From assembly GCA_964016885.1 (NCBI GenBank), contig OZ024742.1, forward strand, positions 192,138,001-192,202,000: DNA of 64,000 nt. Direction: 5' to 3'. The stretch comes from Eledone cirrhosa. Taxonomy: Eukaryota. Below the pieces are notes generated by a model. It was not told where the DNA came from, made no database searches, and saw only the letters and a list, made by a program, of their open reading frames with translations. This document shows positions 29,562 through 43,574 of this stretch, piece after piece. The position numbers were made by a program, and so were the translations under genes. Position 1 is the first letter of the stretch; the number at the start of each line of letters is the position of its first letter.

Positions 29562-29570
<9 letters not shown>
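29379..29570. repeat. Fold-back palindrome (~92-bp arms, 8-bp spacer) containing a hammerhead core
   Basis: Arms 29379-29470 and 29479-29570. CTGATGA 29476-29482, stem II GGACGTAC-TGTT-GTACATCC, GAAA 29503-29506. Confidence 0.85.
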
Positions 29571-29598
<28 letters not shown>

Positions 29599-29609
29599 GT
29601 ATAGATTAT

Positions 29610-29649
<40 letters not shown>

Positions 29650-29674
29650 TGTGTTAATAATATTCAAATATAAA

Positions 29675-29723
<49 letters not shown>

Positions 29724-29891
29724 TGTTTCTCTGTAATTCTTTGATTAGTTTTCTACAATAACGCTTTATTTACTTTTCAAAAGAGATACTTCATTATTTC
29801 CACCCAAATTTTATTTCAGTTCCTTCCACTTCTCCAATTTCCTTTCTCTTCAGCAATTATCTACAGAATATTTATTCAATACAATTATACA

Positions 29892-29938
<47 letters not shown>

Positions 29939-30458
29939 CACTACTACTACTACTACTGCTACTACTACTGCTGCTGCTGCTACTGCTACTACTTCTACTA
30001 CTACTACTACTACTACTACTAAACGGACTGCAATCATTTCCTTTTGAGAGTAACGTATATTGTATATAGAAATATGTTTGTGTATGATGGTGGACAGATA
30101 CACAGAAAGACATAAATAATACATAGATATACACCCAAAGACATACATACCAAGAATTACATATGAAAAATATATTAATATCTCGCAATCAAACGAAGTA
30201 TTTATGTATATATTGTATGTAAATAAGTACATATACTTACATATTTACTTACGCACACTATATATATATATATATATATGTAGTTGTTTCTATAAATATA
30301 TATGTAATAGCAACGTGCGTCCATGCTGTATCAGATATGAATCTAATCTATTTTCTCGTTGAACAATTTATGTTTACATAAATTAGATATTTATATATAT
30401 TTACACACATATATATATATATATGTATTTTTCTCTATGTATATATAGATATATAAGC

Positions 30459-30514
<56 letters not shown>

Positions 30515-30997
30515 GTATATGTGTGTGTGTGTGAGTGTATGTACATGTATATGCTTATACATATATGTACATGTGTATTCTTGTGATAATCTAATATCGC
30601 AATTCTGTATGCCTGTCTGCTTCATGGTTTATCAGCTTCATCTGCAGTTTAATTGCTCGTCTATTTATTTCTGTTCAACGTTTATTTAACATTAACAACT
30701 GCAGCAACATTCCCAATTACCAGAACAGCAGTAATATAGATGATTGTAATAATAACATGAACAACTGCAGGCATAATGATAATGTTGGTGAGAATATATA
30801 TATAGGCAGCCGGTTAGAAATTATGGAGGAATGCATTAGTCGTTTATATGATGATATTGACACACTAGTATTTGACTGGTACTTATTTCATCGTTCCCTG
30901 AATGTTTTGTATCGTGATGTATGTTTTTTGTTACGTTTTTCGATTTAGCTTTTGTGTGTGTGTGTGTGTGTGTGTGTTGTGTGTGTGTGGGGTGGGG

Positions 30998-31076
<79 letters not shown>

Positions 31077-31189
31077 GCGTGTCTGAGCTTGGGAAGAACA
31101 TAGACTCTTGTATTTATGTTCTAACTGTTTTTTAGTATTTGTGCTCAGGACAATAAACATTTTTTCTTCTCTCTTTTTTCATTCTGATT

Positions 31190-31820
31190 CCATATGATTT
31201 CTAAGTCAACTTTGCACTCCATCCTTATGTAGGTCGATTATATAAAGTACCAGCTAAATACTGGGGTCGACACAATAGAATGTTATATGTCCTTTAAAAA
31301 AATCTGGCTTTATTGTTGTTGTGTTGTTACATAATATTGATGGTTTAACCAGTATAATTCCAATTTCTATCGGGTGGCATCCCTTGATATGGAATAAGGG
31401 ATCCTTCCATAATGTTGATGCCTATCCTTATTTTGTATCAAGAACTTCCAGAACAATTTTTGTTTAATAGCATTGCATCCCCTACCTGATTAACGTCTAG
31501 CTATTGAAGGTTTGCTCATAAATTCTTGGTCACTGTTCCCAAATCTCAAGGATTATTGCCATGGCCATGATTTTTCATACCTCATTCTTCCAGCATTTGA
31601 GAATTTCATGGGTGAAGCCGCTATATTAGTCCACAAAGGTGGTTGATTGGCAGTATCTATAGAGCATCGGATACTATGCTTCGTGGCATAGATTACGTCC
31701 CTTTGCATTCTGAGCCCAAATCACACTGAGGTTAGCTTTGCCTTTCATCCTTATATAGTCGATAAAATAAAATGCCAGAATTGGGGTCGATTTAGCCTTG
31801 TGCCTAAATCAGAAAGCAAT
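31190..31820 (+). mobile_element. Two diverged main-family SINE copies (about 31190-31275 and 31637-31820)
   Basis: Both carry TTTGC.....ATCCTTAT...GTCGAT.A.ATAAA..CCAG..TGGGGTCGA; the second also has the tRNA-like head. Confidence 0.7.
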
Positions 31821-32316
31821 ATTCCACAATATCCGGGCTCTAATTACTTGTGGAATTATAACGAACTTTATATAATCGACCCGCATTTAGGACGGATCAG
31901 TCTAACGACCGAGTCCATCGTAAAACTCCTTATACCGACATATCTTGACTAAAAAGGGTAAGCAGTTTTCCCCTGTCCGTTGGCTATAGCCAAAAAGGTT
32001 GAATGGACTGACACTCCTCTTCGACCAGGCTTTCATTGACTTATACAAGCGTAACATGAAAATAGAAGGTGAGTGAAGAGGGAAATGAAGTTTAAAAAAA
32101 AAAAAAAGGGAATGTTTAGTAAATGCTGTGAATAAAAGCTTCTACTCACAGTAAGAGACTGTAGAGCAGAGAAAGATAACATGTTTCTTAATATATATTA
32201 TATATACTGTTTTTTTATTAACTCATCCAATATTCACGTAAGCTCCTCACTTTAAGTCTCTCGTTTATGTAATGTCTCTTTTATCAGACGCATTCTTGGC
32301 AAATAAATCATTATTA

Positions 32317-32720
32317 TGCCAAAAGTAGAAACAATTATTATTTATTATTAATCCTACCGAGGTAAACTTTGCCTTTCATCCTTACGGGGTCGATTAAATA
32401 AAGTACCAGTAATGCACTGGGTAATTACTGGCCTTGTGCCAAAAGTAGAAACAATTATTATGATAATTATTATAATTATTATTATTATTATTACACTCCT
32501 CAAGGGCAGTATCAGTAGAGCGTCGGACACCATGCTGTGCAGCATAGAGTTATGTCCTTTTACGTTCTGAGTTCAAGTCCTGCCAAGGTTAGCTTTGCCT
32601 TTCATCCTGACGGGGTCGATAAAATAAAGAACCAGTAACGTACTGGGGGTCGATTTAATCGACTTCCACCATCCACCACCCGAAATTACTGGGCTTGTGC
32701 CTATACGAGAAATCATTATT
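32317..32720 (+). mobile_element. Tandem main-family SINE pieces (short subfamily 32351-32460; long subfamily 32505-32720)
   Basis: The long form contains an extra GGGGTCGATTTAATCGACTT..CC segment absent from the short form. An (ATT)n tail lies between the copies. Confidence 0.85.
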
Positions 32721-33493
32721 ATTGATGTTGTTGTTGTTGTTGATGTTCGTATTATATCAGTTACTATAGCTATTCCACATTCATATATATATGTGTGTGT
32801 GGGGGTGTGGGTGTGTGGGTGGGGGGGGGGGGGGGTATGTGTGTGTGTGTGTGTGGGTGTGTGTGTATAAAGGGTTTTGGTGGAGAACTTAGAAATTAAA
32901 TTAACAGAAAAGATAATTACCATTGAAGTACAGATATATATATAAATAAATAAATAAATATATATATGAAACAAAGAATGGGGTTTTGTCTTGAACACAA
33001 TATAATTGTATCAATTGTTATCAGTTGTAAAAGTAATAATTGTCAGAATAGTTTGTATGTAGCTAGCCTAGTAAAGCCAGTAATAGCAAGTACAACATCA
33101 TATAGCCGTTATTGTAGCAGGAATTTTTAACGAACATAAACTAAATCGATCGATAAAGCTTTTATTCTTTTACTCTTTTCAACTTCCAAGATAAACAACA
33201 CAAAAGTAATGGAAAATTCTCTTTCCATTCCAACAAAGTATATATCTTTTAATTATTTATTTACAGCTTTTGAAGTAATTTTATTTCAAGTCATTTCAAA
33301 ATTCATTTATCTATATTGTCTTTTAGACAACATTTAAATAAAAAGATAAAGAAATATATATAAGAAAATTGTTGTCGCCATCTTTTTAAAACGGAAAAAA
33401 CACGGAAGCATCAAAGTTTTAACAAATGAATTTAAAGTAAATGTTTTCTGCACATGCGATGAGATAATCTGAGTTGTTGCATTACAGTATACG

Positions 33494-33602
<109 letters not shown>

Positions 33603-33675
33603 ATATATATAAATATATATATATATGTGTGTGTGTATATATATATATGATAATATATATATACATATATACATA

Positions 33676-33727
<52 letters not shown>

Positions 33728-33783
33728 CATATATATACATATATATATATATATGTATATATATATATGTATATATATATATG

Positions 33784-33840
<57 letters not shown>

Positions 33841-33895
33841 ATATATACAAATATATATATATACATACATATATATATATATATGTATATGTATA

Positions 33896-33961
<66 letters not shown>

Positions 33962-33983
33962 TATACATATATATGTACATGTA

Positions 33984-34014
<31 letters not shown>

Positions 34015-34039
34015 ATATGTATATATATATGTATATATG

Positions 34040-34070
<31 letters not shown>

Positions 34071-34094
34071 GTGTGTGTATATATATATGTATAT

Positions 34095-34420
34095 GATTCC
34101 AGTTCCTCAGAGAAATAACAACCCAATCAAGATCTGGACATATCGGAGTATTGACGGAGTAAAACACTTTAACAACATGTGTACCTGTCTCTACCACACC
34201 AATTCGGACTGCCTGAAGAGGTCACAGCCCAGGATGGCTGTCACCGAAAAATATATATAGCAGTACATCTTTAATAAACGAAGCCAAATTTTAAATATTT
34301 GACTTAATTACTTTATTTTACATTACTCCGGAGTAACCAAACCAACCTGCGTACTTCGTCGAGTGCTCCAATCTGCATACTGAGGTATCGGTAAACAACC
34401 AACATATACTCAGAATTTAT
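34095..34420 (+). mobile_element. PLE-LTR-like fragment (family 4) with hammerhead
   Basis: Hammerhead at 34208-34264 followed by AATAAA and an AT-rich tail; embedded in TA runs. Confidence 0.55.
34208..34264 (+). ncRNA. Type I hammerhead ribozyme motif
   Basis: Stem I ACTGC/GCAGT; CTGAAGA 34213-34219; stem II GGTCACAGCC/GGCTGTCACC (one C.C mismatch); GAAA 34246-34249; stem III reduced to a self-complementary ATATAT loop; AUA cleavage site. Confidence 0.65.
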
Positions 34421-34436
34421 AAATATATATATATAT

Positions 34437-34500
<64 letters not shown>

Positions 34501-34706
34501 AGATAAATCTACCAAAATATACTGTAGTGTCCAATCCGTATGAAGAACTCAATGTAATCCAAATATCATGAAAAGAGAAGATGCATTCAAAAATTTTCGA
34601 TGAAAATCACAGGAAAACAGAGTCAAGATAAATTAATAAAAACAATGAATAAAAACAAAGAACAAGTTCCTTATATTAAAAATTCATCATTTTACGATCG
34701 TAAAAT

Positions 34707-36007
34707 GATGAACTTACATTACATACACTCCCAATCCAATCACTCTAGATCTATCCTTAAAATCCTAGCATATAATATCTCACTCAGAATTTCTAACCTT
34801 TCATCTAACCAGGATGTATTCGATAAAAATGCGCCCTTTTATAACGAAGCTTTACCTAGAAGCGGCCACAAAAACAAATTAGTCTATATACCTTGCACCA
34901 ATAATACTTCAAACATACAACCCAATATTACCAACAAACACCAAATGAAAAACACACCTAAATGCCACTCACACTACACCCAAAAATACCAACCTAAAAT
35001 TTAATTTCTCTACCTCTTCTCACATAAAATATAATAACTTTCAAAAAACCATTCATCCTAATACTCCAATATACGTTAATAACATTACTAACAAAATTCC
35101 TAATAATCAGACTAAAACACCTAAATCAGTTAATCTAACTAAACCTATATATAATAAATTCACTAATACTAACTCTCTTAGTAAACATCCTGATACATCG
35201 TATAAATATAAAAAGCAACATCGAAACCATAATAGACGAGTTACTTGGTATAATGGTCCTTTTAATCTACAAATTAAAGATAATATCCCTAAAAAATGTT
35301 TACTATCCTAGAGAAAAACTTCCCGCCAAACCATAAATACCATCAAATTTTAAATAGATCAACTGTCAAATTTTCCTACTCCACTACCAAAAATATACAA
35401 CAAAATATGAGTGCGCACAATGCATATAAATGTAAAAAAAAAACACGAATATACCACCAACACATGAAACCAACCATAATACTAAAATAAACCGCAACAA
35501 ACCACCATCTTCACATATAACAAGTCGAGTAAATTCCACACCAAATTTGACTAACTCCCCTGATATAATATTCACGAATGGTTGTAACTGTAGAAACAAA
35601 AGAAATTGCCCATTAAAGGAAATTGTCTTATTAATAACATAGTATATAAATGTAAAATTAGCACTAAGGACTCAACTTATTCATATATAGGAGCTACGTC
35701 TAACCAATTTAAAGTAAGATTTAATACCCACAAACATAGTTTTTAAAATGCCGCATTAGCTAATACAACATCCTTGGCTGAAACAATTAATAATTATAGA
35801 AAAAATAATATCGATTACAACCTGACCTGGAGTGTGCTCAAAAGGGCCACCCCTTATCAAAATAACAGATATGAGTGTAGATTATGCTCCCAGGAACCTT
35901 TTGAAATAATAAAATCTAAGGATATCCTATTAAATAAGCGACAAGAATTAATTATATCTTGCAGTCATAGAATTAGAAGAACTTTCAAATATTATAAACA
36001 TAATTAA
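34707..36007 (+). pseudogene. Decayed PLE RT C-terminus / GIY-YIG endonuclease ORF
   Basis: ORF fragments 34600-35004, 35296-35490 and 35774-36007 plus the manually read GCNCRNKRNCPL/KGNCLINNIVYKCKISTKDSTYSYIGATSNQFKVRFNTHKHSF* (about 35580-35745); frameshifts and stops present. Confidence 0.88.
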
Positions 36008-36712
36008 TATACACCTTACACTTATATTTTACATATTATTATAATTAGTTTTTTTAATTTAGTTAACCTATAATTAGTACTTTACTACAGGGAACTTCAT
36101 AATTACAGCTCTCTTTTCCTAAAATTAATACCTAAAAGTATACATATAAATTAATTAAATTATCTGTTATGAATCTAGATTCATTGTAGTCTATATAAGA
36201 TTGGTATTTCTCACTACTACCCTTATCCCAAAATTTTATTTTCCTGCGTTTTTAACAACCTTCTTTAATAACATCTAATTCTTATTTATCACATCTATAT
36301 GAATTAATATAAATGTATCCCTATAAGCATACCTATCAATTAATTTAATTTCTTGTTATAGATCTAAATTCCTTGTGTTTTAAATAAGATTGGTATTTCT
36401 CACTAATACCTTTACCCTAAAATTTTACTCTCCTTCGGTTTTAACATTAACATTATTCTTTAATAACATCAAATTTTCGTGTACCCATCACCGGCTTGAC
36501 CTCTTTTCATCCCCAAAGTATTATTTTCATTCAAAGTATTCTTTCCATTCAAAACATAAGTCTATATTCCTCTAACCCTAAATTAAATTTCTACTACTAC
36601 TATTCTATCGACTTGACCTCTTACTACTTTTCTATTGGTCAATTCAAAACCTGTTCCCAAACATACCTATTAATATATTAAATCTTTGTTGGTTTTTTTC
36701 AATAAACAAATC

Positions 36713-36848
36713 TCATTATTTCTGAAGACAACATATATATGTGAAGGTATGTATATTTCCTCTGAGAGTTTGTAATATTTTTACATAGATCTATATAATA
36801 TACATACCAACTCACATATATATCCTAGAAACAATCGTAAAATTATGA
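36713..36848 (+). ncRNA. Type I hammerhead motif with a ~100-nt extended stem II in the PLE 3' LTR
   Basis: Stem I TCATTATTT/AAATTATGA (one U.U); CTGAAGA 36722-36728; stem II has two 12-bp helices (ATATATATGTGA/TCACATATATAT and GGTATGTATATT/AATATACATACC); GAAA 36828-36831; C-AATC-GTA site. Confidence 0.6.
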
Positions 36849-36902
36849 ACTTTTTAATATAAGGAACTTGTTCTTTGTTTTTATTCATTGTTTTTATTAA
36901 TT

Positions 36903-37057
<155 letters not shown>

Positions 37058-37124
37058 TGATGGTAGCTAAGATGCTTCCATAGGCCGGTATGCCGGTTGA
37101 GCACTCTATGCTCTTACAGAGCAG

Positions 37125-37979
37125 AGTATGATATAATATAAAATGAAAAATCAATGATGCATCTGAACTCAATTTATTGTGTGTTACAATTGTTTCGCCG
37201 GCGGACAGCTCAAGACGGGATCATTGTGTCGATCTGTCTGATTCTGGACCCGCAGGTTCGACGGACACGTCTAATGATTTCGGAGCATATTCTCCCACTG
37301 GGGTATCTGACCATATGGGCCAGTACGGTCAAAAACTTTATTCTCTTCCCGCGTCCAGTGGGGTAAGCCGAAGTAACCCAGGATACCCACCCGACTCTGC
37401 ACGTCAACCTGAGCAAGAACATCGCCTGAGCCGCGACAGGCTGACCCGGATTCCATTGATATTCAGTCCAATGCCTTACACCAATAAGACACTATACCTC
37501 AACCACAGTGACATACTCCAGTATGGCCGGTCCACGCCCCCCTCCCCCTGCATGTGTATCTTTTCAATAGAGAGTGCATAGTCTCCACGTATTCCATTTT
37601 GTAACACCTACTGTTATTTAATGTATTTTCCGTATACAGACCCACGTGTGTATCTCATATTTATCTTGTGTACTATCTCATATGGATACACGTTCCTTCT
37701 TTTTTTATATATATTCTGCATGCATTTTCTTTGAACGGTCTGCGCATACTATGTACTGTAATACCATGAACGCCCATTATGTGGCTTTGCCTGAAGAATC
37801 CATACCTGGATTGATCCATGTTCGCAACGTAACAACATCTCTGTAGACACATACAACTGGGCGCACCCTTTCATGTATAGCACACGGTGTATCTCTATGT
37901 GACGTTATATGTATATTTGTATATTTTTAATATATTTTATATTTTATATTTTATATATATATATATATATACGTATATG

Positions 37980-38058
<79 letters not shown>

Positions 38059-38985
38059 ATGTATTTTTTATATGTGTACATTTTTATAACAAGATGCATC
38101 CTTTCATGTACGACCCATTGTGTATCTTTATATGACTTTGTGTGTATATTCTCTTTATGTATATATAGATATATATATATATATTTTATGCGTGCGTGGG
38201 TGTGTATGGGAATATGCGCATATTTGTAAGAGTGTATATGGGCCAGTGTGTGTGTGTGTATACAAGCACCCCTGTAGGGAAAGGGCTATTTTGTGTGTAT
38301 ATATATATATATGCGTGTTTGCGAGCGAGTGTGTATCTGAGCGTGTATATATGGATACGTGTATGTGTGTGGGCATGGGTGGAGGGGGGGTCTATGTATA
38401 TGTATGTATGTGTTTGTGTGTACGTGTATATATACGCGTATGCATGTGTATGAGCATGTGTGTGTGTGTGTGTGTTGTTGTTGTTGTATATAGGCTTGTG
38501 GGCATCTGCCTCTCTGGATGAATGTATGCGTACGTTTATCTGTTCTCCTTAATGTGTGGGTATAGCGGGAGTCTATGCGTACGACTGTCGTTATCTATGT
38601 GATTGTGTGTGTGGGGGAGGGGGGAGTGCGCGCGTAGATGTGTGGACTACCAAACACAGCAGTAATTCATTGAAGTGTAGCAGACATGGGACAGCGGAAT
38701 GGTACATGTTGTCAGAATTATGATGACTTAGACAACCAGCGGCCAATCACTGGACGCGCGAAGAGGATGAAGTTTTGGGTGGTACTGACCCATAGGGTCA
38801 GATACACCAGTGAGAGAATATGCTCCAAAATGATTAGACGTGTCCGTCGAACCTGCGGGTCCAGAGTCAGACTGATCCACACAATGATCGCGTCTATAGT
38901 TGTTCGCCGGCGAAATAATTGTAGCGCACAATAAATTGAGTTCAGATGCATCACTGATTTTTCGTTTTATATTATATATACGAGA
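37125..38985. mobile_element. Two oppositely oriented diverged copies of a PLE-LTR-like repeat (37125-37360 minus; 38745-38985 plus)
   Basis: Clear reverse-complement homology, also seen in paired ORFs 37154-37366 and 38718-38954. Each carries a decayed hammerhead (GCTG TCCGC CGGC-GAAA-CAATTG-TA in the left copy) followed by AATAAA. Confidence 0.65.
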
Positions 38986-39363
38986 GTGTTGAAGTTTGCT
39001 TGAAGCATTGTGGAATAATAAGAATATTCGTTCTGGAAGCCTCAACAGTGTAGATGGGTCAATCTCCGGGTAACAGAATCAGATGATAATGAGAGAGAGA
39101 TGTAAGAAGAAGCGTAGAAAGAGACATAGAGAGCGTAAAAGAACGTAGGAAAAGTGTAAAAAAATAACACGAGGTAGTGTTACCTTCGAAGTGATATAAC
39201 AGTCCCTATATTTCGGATTTCGCATCCATCAACTGCGGGTTTTCCGGGGGGAATGGTTGTGTCGGAGAAGGACAAAACGTGGCCTCCGATGTTTATCGTA
39301 TGTATATATATATATATATATAAGGAAGAGGTTATAGTTCACTTAAAGCATTGTGTAAAGAAG

Positions 39364-39756
39364 TATAAACGTTTGTATATGTATAATAAAGCCAAAACAA
39401 TGCAGATATGGACATAGAATAAAGAATGCAAATGCAAAAGATATTGTTGACAATTAGTCTTTTACCTTAGATTTATTTAAATGTCCTTAATTTTCGAGAT
39501 AATATCTCTTCTTCGGAGGGAAGTAAAGCGGTTAAACCAGTGTTCTAAATACCTTGCCAGCATGACTTGGCAAGCTATTTAGAACACTGGTTTAACCACT
39601 TTATTTCCCTCCGAAGAAGAGATATTATCTCAAAAATTAAGGACATTTAAATAAATCTAAGGTAAAAGACTAATTGTCAACAATATCTTTTGCATTTGCA
39701 TTATTTATTCTATGTCCATACCTGCATTGTTTTGGCTTTATTATACATATACAAAC

Positions 39757-39763
<7 letters not shown>
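39364..39763. repeat. Fold-back palindrome, ~196-bp arms, 8-bp spacer, decayed hammerhead in each arm
   Basis: 39364-39559 is the reverse complement of 39568-39763. Arm motif CCT-CCGAAGA-A-GAGAT ATT ATCTC-GAAA-ATTA-AGG; GAAA is intact only in the left (minus) arm. Confidence 0.9.
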
Positions 39764-39830
<67 letters not shown>

Positions 39831-39960
39831 GAATATATATATATATATGTGTGTGTGTGTATTTATATATATATATATATATTTATTTATATATGTATAT
39901 ATATATATACATACATACAATTATATATATATGCATATATATAAATATTATATATACATT

Positions 39961-39991
<31 letters not shown>

Positions 39992-40700
39992 GAGTGTGTC
40001 TGTGTAGTCTGTGTCTATGTGTGTTTACGTGTGTGCATGGGTGTGTGTGTAGGCTTTAAATGCCAATATATGCTAAAACATGGTTACGCCTAGTTTCAGA
40101 ATCATTAATATATATATCATGAAAAAAATGAAAAAAAAAAATGTTATCGTTTTACCATATTGACTATTATTACACAGAAGGATAGAGAAGAATGATAAAA
40201 TGGATTTTAGTTATGCAAATGTAAACAGATATACTATAATTTCCTTCGACTTAATCTGATTTATACGATGTTTTATCGCAACTATAGACTTTTGAAATGC
40301 TTAATATTATTTATTTATTTATGTTCAATCTAACGCAGAGATACGTAGAACATTTATCGTAGCATTTATATAGGCTTGACGAATCCAATTGTTCCAATGC
40401 TATTTCAATCCTTTTATCAATTTTTTTTTCTGTGGTGAAGCAATTGTCTTTTTTATATATACAAACCATACATTTGATTGTCAAGTATTTTCCAGTTACC
40501 AAACAAACAGCCATTGTACGTTAGCCCACTTCCTATCATCCACTTAATACGGTAACAGAAATTAATCTTCTGCTACTCTTTCGAAAAGCCAATTCCAACA
40601 TACTTCTCATCCTTCGGTCATTTTCCTGCTATTAACTATGCCTGTCTAAATATATGTATATGTATATATATATGTTCACGTCTTCTCGAACATACACACA

Positions 40701-40755
<55 letters not shown>

Positions 40756-40757
<2 letters not shown>

Positions 40758-41085
40758 ATAAAAATAGTCCTTCGTCAGTGATTTTCCAACAAGCCAAACG
40801 GGAGGAAGTGAGAAGGGGAGAAACAGAGGGTGAGTGAGTGGAAGTGTGAGGAAGAGGTCAGTCGAGAGAAAGTGTAACTGACAGAGGGGGCGAAAGAAGG
40901 TGAGAGAAACAGAGGGAGCGGGGAAGCAGTAAGAGAGAAACAGACAAACGCAACCGAGGTAAATATATATATAAAAAAAACATGAGAAGAAAGAATACTG
41001 CGTGGTTTGTACATGGGTTACATATGATAAAAATAGTCCTTCGTCAGTGATTTTCCAACCATCATTGGTATTTCATCGCATTAAA
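40756..41085 (-). mobile_element. Short element with a 35-bp direct terminal repeat (partial-tandem, PLE-LTR-like)
   Basis: TGATAAAAATAGTCCTTCGTCAGTGATTTTCCAAC at 40756 and 41025 flanks a purine-rich core; same family as the 9402-9507 palindrome. Confidence 0.55.
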
Positions 41086-41149
41086 AATCACATACCTCAG
41101 GTTGGTGCGAGCAATAACTAAAAAAAGTTATTGGGACCAGAATTCGCGT

Positions 41150-41380
41150 AAGGCGTGGGCGACAAGTAAACAACATAGAAGGATTAAAGCGACTAAAAGT
41201 ACACGATTCCCCTGGGACAGGACGCCATTCCATCATATGGTTAAAACACCAGCTATTGCTGGTACTCGTTTTCAGGTGCAACGTGAAATTAAATGTTTTT
41301 CTCAAAGAAACATAACACAACCCAGCCGAGGAATCGAACCCACGACATTATGATCGTAAATCCAACACCCATACCACTAG
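41150..41380 (-). mobile_element. Second-family tRNA-derived SINE
   Basis: Minus-strand head CTAGTGGTATGGGTGTTGGATTTACGATCATAATGTCGTGGGTTCGATTCC with a B box. Confidence 0.7.
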
Positions 41381-41689
41381 TTAATCTATTTTTTTATAGC
41401 GACCTGGTCCTCATATATTCAACAACGCTGACTCTACTAAACGCGCATAGGCACCTGGTAGTGAGGTTAAATCTAGCAATGGATTAAATCTGCCACACAA
41501 AATTAATGTAAGACCTTATATTTTACACAGAATTAATAATTATAAACAAAAATGATTTACAGTCTGTCACCAGCTTGGACACTCGTCAGGCAGGAGATAG
41601 TCAGAGTCTCTTTAACGTTAGATGACCGTGAGTACCAAACTTCCTTCAGCCGACCGCATAATTAATCCCTAGTTGCTATTGTTAATGAT

Positions 41690-41880
41690 AATTGTTTCTA
41701 CTTTTGGCACAAGGCCAGCAATTATTCCAGTGTATTACTGGTACTTTATTTTATCGACCCCGTAAGGATGAAAGGCAAAGTTAACCTCGGCGGGATTTGA
41801 ACTCAGATCATAAAGGCAGGTAACTCTATGCTTCAAAGCATGGCGTCCCGACCCTCTACCGATACTGCCAATCCACCGCC
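41690..41880 (-). mobile_element. Main-family SINE, full length (3' end of a chimeric insertion)
   Basis: Consensus match. Its 23-bp TSD partner lies at 42608-42630, not adjacent to the SINE. Confidence 0.9.
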
Positions 41881-42522
41881 CTCTACACAATTCAACTCAA
41901 TTCCTGCGCCACTCACGGATTCTACATCTACAATGCATGAGTTGCATAACGTAGAGTGTTTTTCTTACTTATACATCATGGTTTATTAAACGTCATTCCG
42001 ACGATATATATATATATATACATATATATATATTGTTATACTTCGGGAGGGTCATATTTGGTAATATTCCCAGAATTAATAACAGAACACACTCACTGTT
42101 TGGTTGGTTTTCGCTTTTCGCTTCTGTGTCTTTTATATCGGTAATCTAATTTATTCGGTCCTCAATGTTGCCATTGACTGACCGGCGGTCAAAAATAATA
42201 CAGATACAATATAGACACAAACACATATATATAGTTTATCAAAGTTCTTTCGTTGCACATCTGCAACATCGTCAGTGGTGCTATTGTTTCCTCCCGTTGC
42301 ATTGTATGTCTACGCCATTTTTATTTAGTCTGTCTATATATTTATTTATTTATTTGTTTGTTTTGTTTGTTCTTTTTATTTTGTCTTCTTTGCGCATGCG
42401 TTTGCGTGTGTGTATAGTGTTTTGTTTGATGTGTGTTCGTGATTGGGTGACTAGTGTGTGTTTATATGTGTTTGTTGTTATTGTGCTTGTGTATGTATTT
42501 ATTTATTTATTATTTCTGTATG

Positions 42523-42589
<67 letters not shown>

Positions 42590-42768
42590 AGAATAGAAAT
42601 GGCTGTTTAGTTGCTATTGTTAATGATAATGTTCATTCGAATGGACAGGAGCAAGGTGAAATGAAGCAACTTGCTCACAGACGCCACGAGCCACATATCC
42701 TAATATATGAGAGTTATGTTAACATAAAACACTTTAATACAGAAGATTTTAACGAAGAATAAATTATA

Positions 42769-42886
42769 TAATTGTTTCTACTATTGGCACAAGGCCAGAA
42801 ATTACCCAGTACATTACTGGTACTTTATTTTATCGACCCCGTAAGGATGAAAGGCAAAGTTAACCTCGGCGGGATTTGAACTCAGA
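42769..42886 (-). mobile_element. Main-family SINE, 5'-truncated, with TSD
   Basis: AGAATAAATTATATAAT at 42756-42772 and 42884-42900. Confidence 0.9.
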
Positions 42887-43574
42887 ATAAATTATATAAT
42901 GATAGACAACCCTTTACTAACAAATGGAAGAGTAATAATAGAAAAAGTTGTGCTTTTGTAATATAATTGATATATTTATATATACATATATACATGTACA
43001 TATATATATGTATGTATATATATATGTGTCTGTATGTGTGTGTAGGGGGTTGCTCTTGTTATGGACACACGCACACACACACACATATATATATGTATAT
43101 ATATATACACAGAGAGAGAGAGAAGGGGGGAGAGAGCAGCCAACAAACATCGTCAGGTTGCCTATTGTATAATTAGTTAATCAATAAAAGGAATTACGAT
43201 AAACAAAGAGAGAATATATACTTTTTCCAGGGACGGCTCCCGAAATTCTGTGTTTGCCGTAATCTCTTTTATTGATTAACTAATTATGCAATCCGCACCT
43301 GACGTTGTTGTCAAGGTCTTGCATCAAGACCAGATGATGTAACTTGTCCATTGAAATATGTATAGTGGTTTTTGTAACATTAAAACTTTAAAGGAATGTC
43401 TCTAACCTGGCCTTTTGTTGTTTTAAATAATATTCAACTCAATTCCTGCACCCCTCACGGGATTCTATATCTACAATGCATGAGTTGTATAACGTTGAGT
43501 GCTTTATACATCATGGTTTATTAAACGTCATTCCGACGAGAGATATATGTAGATATATATATATATATATATAT

